Assembly (NCBI GenBank): GCA_023378805.1 | Contig: JAMCSQ010000019.1 | Location: forward strand, 11,738-75,737 | Reading direction: 5' to 3' | Source of the DNA: Candidatus Parvarchaeota archaeon | GTDB lineage: Archaea; Nanobdellota; Nanobdellia; Parvarchaeales; Parvarchaeaceae | DNA length: 64,000 nucleotides | Shown here: one piece after another, positions 57,820-64,000 of the stretch | Layout of the letters: every line of letters begins with the position of its first letter | How positions within the stretch are numbered: position 1 is the first letter of the stretch | Translations under genes and position numbers: made by a program | Notes under the pieces: generated by a model | Told to the model about the DNA's origin: nothing | Databases searched by the model: none | Seen by the model: the letters and a program-made list of their open reading frames with translations, nothing else

Positions 57820-57892
57820 AACGGGGGCTTATAAACCCCCGTTGATTTTTTGAGGAAATTTTGATAAATAAGATATAGGCCCGAAAGGGGCC
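57820..57892. terminator. Two GC-rich hairpins between convergent padR and ftsZ
   Basis: AACGGGGG-CTTATAAA-CCCCCGTT followed by GATTTTTT (57820-57851); GGCCC-GAAA-GGGGCC (57878-57892) next to an A5 tract. Confidence 0.6.
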
Positions 57893-57898
57893 AAAAAT

Positions 57899-58984
57899 TT
57901 ACTTAAGTATCTCTATACCAAGTTCCTGGTTTATTGCGCCAGTAGTTTTGGAAAGAGTGTTTATCTCTTCAGGTCCCAATAAGTAAGGGGAGCTTACTCC
58001 CGTTATTATTGTCATTACCCTCAATTTTCCAGATAGAGACTCATCTACCTTTGCGCCCCATATGACTACTGCGTCGGGGTCTAAGGACTGAGTTGCCATC
58101 TCACCGATCTGACTCACTTCTGCAAGTGTTAAATCAGGTCCTCCTGAGATGTGTATTAAAGCTCCCTTCGCGCCTTTGTAACTTACGTCCAAAAGTGGAT
58201 TATTAAGTGCCCTTCTGACTACTTCAGTTACCCTCGAATCTGAAGCATCTGTTTCACCGATTCCTATTACGGAAACTCCACCTTTGTTCATTATTGCTTT
58301 TATATCTGCGAAGTCAAGGTGCACCAATGCACTTGCATCTGAGATAGTTTCAACTATTCCTTTTATCATAGTTGCGACTACTTCATTCGCTACATTGAAT
58401 GCCTGGTCTATTGGTAGATTTCCTGCCATGCTTACCAGTCTATTGTTGTCTATCACAATAACTGTATCGGAACAGTTTCTCAATTCCTCCAATCCTGCTT
58501 CTGCAGACTCTACTCTCTTTCTTTCAGTTTTGAAAGGCATTGTTACAGTGCTTATTACAATAGAACCCATGTCCTTTGCAAGCTTTGCAATTACAGGTGC
58601 TGCACCGGTACCGGTTCCTCCACCAAGGCCTGCGCATACGAAAACTAAGTCTGCACCTCTCAAAGACTCTTTAAGTTCCCTAGAAGATTCTTCTGCAGCC
58701 ATTTTTCCCTTTTCAGGAAAACCACCTGCACCTAATCCTTTAGTCAATTCTTTTCCAATAAGAATCTTCTTGTCTCCACTCCTTGCATTCAACTGTATCT
58801 GATCTGTGTTAGCTAGAATTACTTCCGCGCCCTTGACTCCTTTTTTAAAGAGCCAATTGCCCATGTTATTTCCGCCGCCGCCGACTCCTACAACTTTTAT
58901 CAAAGCCTGATTGAATAAAGGTTCATTCATACCTTCTTCTCTGCTGGCTTTTAATGCGCTTTCAACAAGCAAATCCATTACCAT
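57899..58984 (-). CDS. ftsZ: Cell division protein FtsZ (second paralog, FtsZ2-type)
   Basis: GVGGGGNN, GLGGGTGTG, IDNNRL, LDFAD; ATG at 58984 follows a GGAGGG RBS. Confidence 0.97.
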   Translation of the reverse strand: MVMDLLVESALKASREEGMNEPLFNQALIKVVGVGGGGNNMGNWLFKKGVKGAEVILANTDQIQLNARSGDKKILIGKELTKGLGAGGFPEKGKMAAEESSRELKESLRGADLVFVCAGLGGGTGTGAAPVIAKLAKDMGSIVISTVTMPFKTERKRVESAEAGLEELRNCSDTVIVIDNNRLVSMAGNLPIDQAFNVANEVVATMIKGIVETISDASALVHLDFADIKAIMNKGGVSVIGIGETDASDSRVTEVVRRALNNPLLDVSYKGAKGALIHISGGPDLTLAEVSQIGEMATQSLDPDAVVIWGAKVDESLSGKLRVMTIITGVSSPYLLGPEEINTLSKTTGAINQELGIEILK

Positions 58985-59095
58985 TTTCCCCTCCATCACA
59001 TTAGAAACAAAAGCGAAAGCTTTATATTCCCAATGCGTCTATATTTTATTAAGAAAAACAAGTAAGTGACCTCAAAACTTACAATGTTGCGATTA

Positions 59096-59125
59096 AAATT
59101 TGAATGTTCCCCAACATTCAAATTT
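59096..59125. promoter_or_regulatory. Perfect 13-bp inverted repeat between divergent ftsZ2 and gatD
   Basis: AAATTTGAATGTT-CCCC-AACATTCAAATTT. Confidence 0.55.
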
Positions 59126-59272
59126 CTATTTTATTTAAATAACAATAATAATTGCTATTCATTTAAAAAGTTTATTGTCATAGAGTATACACTTTCTTTT
59201 AAATTCACTGAGCTTAATATAACATAAAATAGGAATGAAAAGAGTTAAAACATTATAACGGTAATTATTGTA

Positions 59273-60571
59273 ATGATTGCAAAAAAAATAGAGACTAAGA
59301 ATCTATCATTTGGAGACTTAATAGAAATAAAAATAGAAAACGAAAAGTTTAACGGTGAATTTATAAAGGAAGAAGAAAACTTAATAATAATTAAATTAAA
59401 ATCTGGCTACGACATAACACTCTCAAAAGAGACTATTGACAGTATCTCTATACTAGATAAATCAATAAACTTAGAAGAAAAAGAAGAAAAAGAAAGTAAA
59501 CTGAAAATCGAAAATCCAGACATAACAATGATAACAACCGGTGGAACTATCTCCTCAAAGATAGACTATAAAACGGGAGGAGTTTCTCCATCCGTAGATA
59601 GCAACTATTATTTTCAGATTTCTCCAGACTTACAAAAACAGGGAAAAATAGCAGTAGTAAATCTGATGAGAAAGTTGTCTGAGAACATGCTACCATCAGA
59701 CTGGATAAAAATAGCAAAGGAAGCGTATTCGGACATAAAAAACGGCAGCAAGGGTATAATAGTAACAAGCGGCACAGATACAATGCATTTCGCTTCAGCT
59801 GCGCTCTCCTTCTTGTTGAACCCGCTTTCTGTTCCTGTGGTTTTTACTGGATCCCAGAGAAGCACTGATAGAGGGTCTACTGATGCTGGTACCAATTTAC
59901 TTTTATCAGCATTCGCAGCAAAGAATTTTTCCGGCGGTGAATCGGTGATTTGCATGCATGCAAATCTGAATGATGAATATAATTATATACTAAGGGGAAA
60001 CAAGGCAAGAAAAATGAATACTGAAAGAAGGGATGCATTTAGGCCAATAAATATTAAACCGCTTGCTAAGGTTTATACTGATGGAAAGATAAGAGAAATT
60101 TCTCCGGAGATAATATCCAAAAAGGAAAATACAAAATTAAACGAGAAGATTGATGATAAGGTAAAACTAATATATAGTTACCCCTCTATGGGCGGAGACA
60201 TAATAGACTATTATACTTACAGCAAAGTGCACGGTATAGTAATAGCTGCCACAGGATTTGGAAACCTGCCATTGGAAGACAAAACAATTATAAATGCATT
60301 GAAAAAGGCCGAAAAACAGCAGATACCTATAGTAATAACGTCTCAAACCATTTATGGTTCAACAAACAAGTTTGTTTACAGTACTTTACGTGAAATTTCT
60401 AGATTTGATAATGTTATATATGTAGGAGACATGACAACTGAAACTGCGTTCGTAAAACTAATGTTTGCTCTTGGAAACAGCAAAAAACTTGAAGAAATAA
60501 AAAAGATAATGTCAACTAATCTAGCAGGTGAAACAAAGGAAAGAAGAGAAATAGATGAGTTTTTGATATGA
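59273..60571 (+). CDS. gatD: Glutamyl-tRNA(Gln) amidotransferase subunit D
   Basis: KLKSGY N-terminal domain, TGGTISS, GTDT, GSQRSTDRGS, RKMNT.RRDAF. Confidence 0.96.
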   Translation: MIAKKIETKNLSFGDLIEIKIENEKFNGEFIKEEENLIIIKLKSGYDITLSKETIDSISILDKSINLEEKEEKESKLKIENPDITMITTGGTISSKIDYKTGGVSPSVDSNYYFQISPDLQKQGKIAVVNLMRKLSENMLPSDWIKIAKEAYSDIKNGSKGIIVTSGTDTMHFASAALSFLLNPLSVPVVFTGSQRSTDRGSTDAGTNLLLSAFAAKNFSGGESVICMHANLNDEYNYILRGNKARKMNTERRDAFRPINIKPLAKVYTDGKIREISPEIISKKENTKLNEKIDDKVKLIYSYPSMGGDIIDYYTYSKVHGIVIAATGFGNLPLEDKTIINALKKAEKQQIPIVITSQTIYGSTNKFVYSTLREISRFDNVIYVGDMTTETAFVKLMFALGNSKKLEEIKKIMSTNLAGETKERREIDEFLI

Positions 60572-62391
60572 AAATAAAATGTGGTTTTGAGTGGCATGTA
60601 CAAATTGATTCTGGCAAGCTTTTCTGTCGCTGCAAATCCGAGATAAAGGAGAATAAAGATTATTTGGAGATAAAAAGGCTTATAAGACCTTCTTTCGGTG
60701 AAAGCGGCAAAATAGACGTAAGCGCGGAATTCGAAGGCCAAAAGACAAAAAAAATAATATATAAAGTTTTTAATGACTCTGACTGTTTGGTGGATATAGA
60801 TGAAGAACCTCCTCATGAACTTGACAGAGATGCGCTTTCTACAGGAGTTAATCTTTCCTATGCGTTGAATGCATACTTACTAAAAAATTTGATATTCATG
60901 AGGAAAACGATAGTTGATGGTTCCAATACGACTGGTTTTCAGAGAACGGCGATTATAGCAGTAAACGGCGAATTTACCTTCAAGGAGAAAAAGATAAAAA
61001 TTGATACTATTTCAATAGAAGAAGATTCTGCTAGAAAGGAAACTGAAAATAAGGAAGAAACTGTCTACTTTCTGGACAGAATAGGCATACCTCTAATAGA
61101 AATTGCAACTGGAATAATAGAAACCGACGAAAACGAAGCAAAGGAGATAGCGATGCAGTTTGGGAAGTTTACAAGGTTATTTAATGTAAAAAGGGGGATA
61201 GGCACAATAAGACAGGATGTAAACCTTTCCATTGAAGGAGGAAAACGAGTAGAATTGAAAGGCTTTCAGAACATAAGAGAGATGGACAAAGTCATATTAA
61301 ACGAAGCGAAAAGACAGGAAAACTTAATAAAAATAAAAAACGATTGGAAGCATATTACTAATGAAATTAAAAATTGGCAGTTTGAAGACATAAAGGAAAT
61401 ATTCAATGGCTCAGAATCAAATGTGATAAAAAATGCAGTAAAAAATGAAAAAAGTATAATTGGTATTAGATTAAATGGGTTAAAAGGGCTTTTAGGAACA
61501 TATATCTGTGAGAATAAAAGATTTGGAAGCGAAGTAAGTGATTACTTGAAGATTAAACTTGGTTATGGGATAATACATTCTGATGAACTACCGGCATATA
61601 ACATAAGTGAGAACGAAAAAAACAGAATAGCAGAAAAATTAAATTGCAGCCAGAATGATTCATTCCTATTTTCAATATGCGACAAAGGCTATGAAAACTC
61701 TACAATGGAAGTAATAAAAGAAAGACTTATTTCTCTACTTAAAGATGTGCCATCGGAGGTAAGGCTTGTACAGGATGATAATACAACTAGATTTTTAAGG
61801 CCGATGGGTGGAAAGGATAGAATGTACGTTGAAACGGACCTTCCAATAATAAAGATAGACGAAGACATTTTAAAAGAAGGAAGTGAATACATCGGCAGAA
61901 GCGTAGATTCATTGAAAGCGTCTCTAAATATATCTGATGAATTTCTTGACCAGCTGATATCCTCGAGAAAACTTAGCGAAGCCGTCTACCTGAACAATAA
62001 AACTGGGCTTGACTTCAATGTAATAATACAGGTTGCAGTAGAGGACTGGAAGTATATTAGGAGAAGATTTGGAAAGGAAATAGATAAAAAAGATGTAGAA
62101 GAGATATTAGAGAAAATAAAAGCAAACGAAATAGTAAGAGATTCGGCAAGAATAGTAATGGAAGGGATAGCATTAACTGGCAAAAGCGTCGAAGATACAA
62201 TAACGGAAAAGAGACTTAAAAAGAAAAGCAATACGGAACTAAAAAGTGAGATAGAAAAACTCATAAAGGACAGAAAGCTGGATAAGGTTGATTCTCTTAT
62301 AATAAATCTTAAGGATAGAATAGGTACAACTTTTGAGGCAAAAGAAGCTTATAGAATGGCGTTAGAAATGATAAAAGATGAAAAAAATTGA
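60568..62391 (+). CDS. gatE: Glutamyl-tRNA(Gln) amidotransferase subunit E
   Basis: GFEWHVQ, KLFCRC, DEEPPH, RKTIVDGSNTTGFQRT, RGIGTIRQDVN, RMYVETD. Confidence 0.97.
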   Translation: MKIKCGFEWHVQIDSGKLFCRCKSEIKENKDYLEIKRLIRPSFGESGKIDVSAEFEGQKTKKIIYKVFNDSDCLVDIDEEPPHELDRDALSTGVNLSYALNAYLLKNLIFMRKTIVDGSNTTGFQRTAIIAVNGEFTFKEKKIKIDTISIEEDSARKETENKEETVYFLDRIGIPLIEIATGIIETDENEAKEIAMQFGKFTRLFNVKRGIGTIRQDVNLSIEGGKRVELKGFQNIREMDKVILNEAKRQENLIKIKNDWKHITNEIKNWQFEDIKEIFNGSESNVIKNAVKNEKSIIGIRLNGLKGLLGTYICENKRFGSEVSDYLKIKLGYGIIHSDELPAYNISENEKNRIAEKLNCSQNDSFLFSICDKGYENSTMEVIKERLISLLKDVPSEVRLVQDDNTTRFLRPMGGKDRMYVETDLPIIKIDEDILKEGSEYIGRSVDSLKASLNISDEFLDQLISSRKLSEAVYLNNKTGLDFNVIIQVAVEDWKYIRRRFGKEIDKKDVEEILEKIKANEIVRDSARIVMEGIALTGKSVEDTITEKRLKKKSNTELKSEIEKLIKDRKLDKVDSLIINLKDRIGTTFEAKEAYRMALEMIKDEKN

Positions 62392-62968
62392 TTTTTATAG
62401 AGAGATAGCTAAACTTGACAAAGGGAGAAAAAACAACCTTAAACTGGAGCAGTATTCTACAGATATAGATACTGCGTATCAGTTAATGTATTTTATAGAT
62501 TACAATGTTGGAATAGCAGGAAAAACTGTAGCTGACTTGGGTTGCGGAAATGGTATACTTGGTATATCTGCTGCATTGCTTGGTGCGGGAAAAGTTGACC
62601 TGTATGACATAGATGAAAAAGTAGTTTACACTGCCGAACAAAACATTGAAAAACTGCACATCAATAATACAAAACTGATTCAGATGGACCTGTTTGATAT
62701 AAATGAAAAATATAATATTGTTGTATCCAACCCTCCTTTCGGTTTCCAAAGCAATTTTAACTTAAATGCATTCATCAAAAAGGTAAAATCCATATCGGAG
62801 AATGTGTTCTTTATCTATAAAGACAATCAGGAAATAAAGAAAATCGCAGATAAAAACGGCTTTTCAATATACAAGATAGAGGACATAAAACTTGAAAAAA
62901 CATTGCCTTTCCATAAAAAAAGCTATTATAGTTTGCCGATTGTTATAGTTTATAAGCAACAGATATGA
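62378..62968 (+). CDS. METTL5-like N6-adenine RNA methyltransferase
   Basis: LEQYST, DLGCGNG, NPPFG, FHKK. Confidence 0.88.
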   Translation: MKKIDFYREIAKLDKGRKNNLKLEQYSTDIDTAYQLMYFIDYNVGIAGKTVADLGCGNGILGISAALLGAGKVDLYDIDEKVVYTAEQNIEKLHINNTKLIQMDLFDINEKYNIVVSNPPFGFQSNFNLNAFIKKVKSISENVFFIYKDNQEIKKIADKNGFSIYKIEDIKLEKTLPFHKKSYYSLPIVIVYKQQI

Positions 62969-62969
62969 T

Positions 62970-63413
62970 ATGAAAGGTCAAATAAACTTTGGAGTGTGGG
63001 TTCTCATAACTGCAATAATAGTAATTGTTATACTTTTGATCTTTGATTCCGCAATAAGGAGTTACATATTGACAAATCTTAGCGGTTTGGTAAGCGGAAT
63101 AAAATCTACAAGCCCAGGACAGCTTTCTGAGGTTATAACTAATTTCACCGCATATAACTGCAGTTCTGGCTGTTCAACTTTTCCTAGCTCAATTTATTAC
63201 TGGACAATAAATTTTAACGGCCAGAATTACACTTATTATTTAAACAATATTATAAGTGTTAGCTCTTCTACCGGCAACTATTCATTGGAAATATATCCAG
63301 TATTAACATCTAGTGGCGAACTGTGCTCAAATGCAACTAGCTCTTCACAGAAGACAAAAATATTAAAAATTCCATCAGGTAAAAGCTACAAGATATATTA
63401 CTTTAGCTGTTAA
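62970..63413 (+). CDS. Surface protein with class III (pilin-like) signal peptide
   Basis: MKG/QINF + hydrophobic helix; Ser/Thr/Asn-rich body with Cys residues. Confidence 0.65.
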   Translation: MKGQINFGVWVLITAIIVIVILLIFDSAIRSYILTNLSGLVSGIKSTSPGQLSEVITNFTAYNCSSGCSTFPSSIYYWTINFNGQNYTYYLNNIISVSSSTGNYSLEIYPVLTSSGELCSNATSSSQKTKILKIPSGKSYKIYYFSC

Positions 63414-63464
63414 CATTTTAAATAAAGTTTTTACAGATTTTAAAGACTAAAATCAAAAGAGAGA

Positions 63465-63641
63465 TTAAGGAAGACTATTGTTTACAGAGGAGGCATTTGG
63501 AGCAGAATGAAGAAGGCCGGTCAACGGTGCAAATATGCCGCTCTTCAACAGAAAAAGCAGGATTACTAGTAAAGCGAGCGCTATCACTATGATGATTATT
63601 ATAGTTATACCGAGCTCCATTCCTTTGTTGTTAATGTGCAT
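63465..63641 (-). CDS. Small type IV pilin-like protein (class III signal peptide)
   Basis: MHINNKG/MELGITIIIIIVIALALLVIL; ATG at 63641. Confidence 0.7.
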   Translation of the reverse strand: MHINNKGMELGITIIIIIVIALALLVILLFLLKSGIFAPLTGLLHSAPNASSVNNSLP

Positions 63642-63792
63642 AATTTTAAATGTCATTTAATACATTAATATTTTAATTATTATATATAAACCCTCAAAAA
63701 ACTGTATTTCATAGAGATTTAAAACATTGCTGTTCTTATAGCACTGCACTTGCACAAAATAGTTATTAATATGTTAAAAACCAGAAAAATTA

Positions 63793-64000
63793 ATGAAAAT
63801 TACATACAATGGAAAGGAGAAAGAGTTCAAAAATGGGGAAAAAGCCATAGAAATAGCTAGGGAATTAAACGCTTCTAAAGATATAATTGTAGCAGAGATA
63901 AATGGTAGGTTGATAGACTTGTCTTCAGAAGTAAAGGAAGATGGAGAGATAAAGTTCTTTACATTCGAAGATAAAATAGGCAAAAAAGTATTCTGGCATT
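63793..64000 (+). CDS. thrS: Threonyl-tRNA synthetase, 5' part (TGS domain, bacterial/eukaryote-type N-terminus)
   Basis: Manual translation MKITYNGKEKEF...AEINGRLIDLS...KFFTFEDKIGKKVFWH; runs off the right edge; absent from the ORF track. Confidence 0.85.
   Translation, partial: MKITYNGKEKEFKNGEKAIEIARELNASKDIIVAEINGRLIDLSSEVKEDGEIKFFTFEDKIGKKVFWH

Noticed and set aside
63774-63983. 69-aa minus-strand ORF in the ORF track
   Set aside because: Antisense to the thrS 5' end on the plus strand
1-64000. CRISPR arrays, transposases/integrases, rRNA, tRNA introns, defence systems
   Set aside because: No spaced direct repeats, recombinase motifs or long GC-rich structural RNA seen by eye; both tRNAs are intron-less

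Overview
AT-rich, densely coding archaeal chromosome segment. The gene set (aIF2-gamma, S6e, Alba, GatDE, two FtsZ, SecE, Dph2, class III pilin-like proteins) together with acidophile-type accessory genes (P3A H+-ATPase, rusticyanin-like cupredoxins, DoxD-like protein, GH13/GH15/GH31 sugar cluster) best fits an acidophilic DPANN archaeon such as Parvarchaeota; this assignment is inference. The window holds about 70 CDS, two tRNAs (Lys-CTT, Val-TAC) and a partial thrS at the right edge. I saw no CRISPR array, rRNA or transposase. The most notable items are: (1) a KaiC-like ATPase - V4R sensor - PaaK/F390-synthetase-like operon converging on an EhpF-like adenylating enzyme, a candidate small-molecule make/modify-and-sense system, next to two ABC exporters; (2) an unannotated 22-aa (Cys-X)6 micropeptide with its own TATA box, a candidate minimal metallothionein; (3) a tandem rusticyanin + duplicated DoxD-like + membrane-protein operon; (4) a convergent Cld/ChdC-like + ABM pair beside a hidden pirin pseudogene; (5) aIF2-gamma with deviant GTP-binding motifs and an N-terminally truncated Dph2. 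All family calls are motif recognition by eye; no database searches were run.
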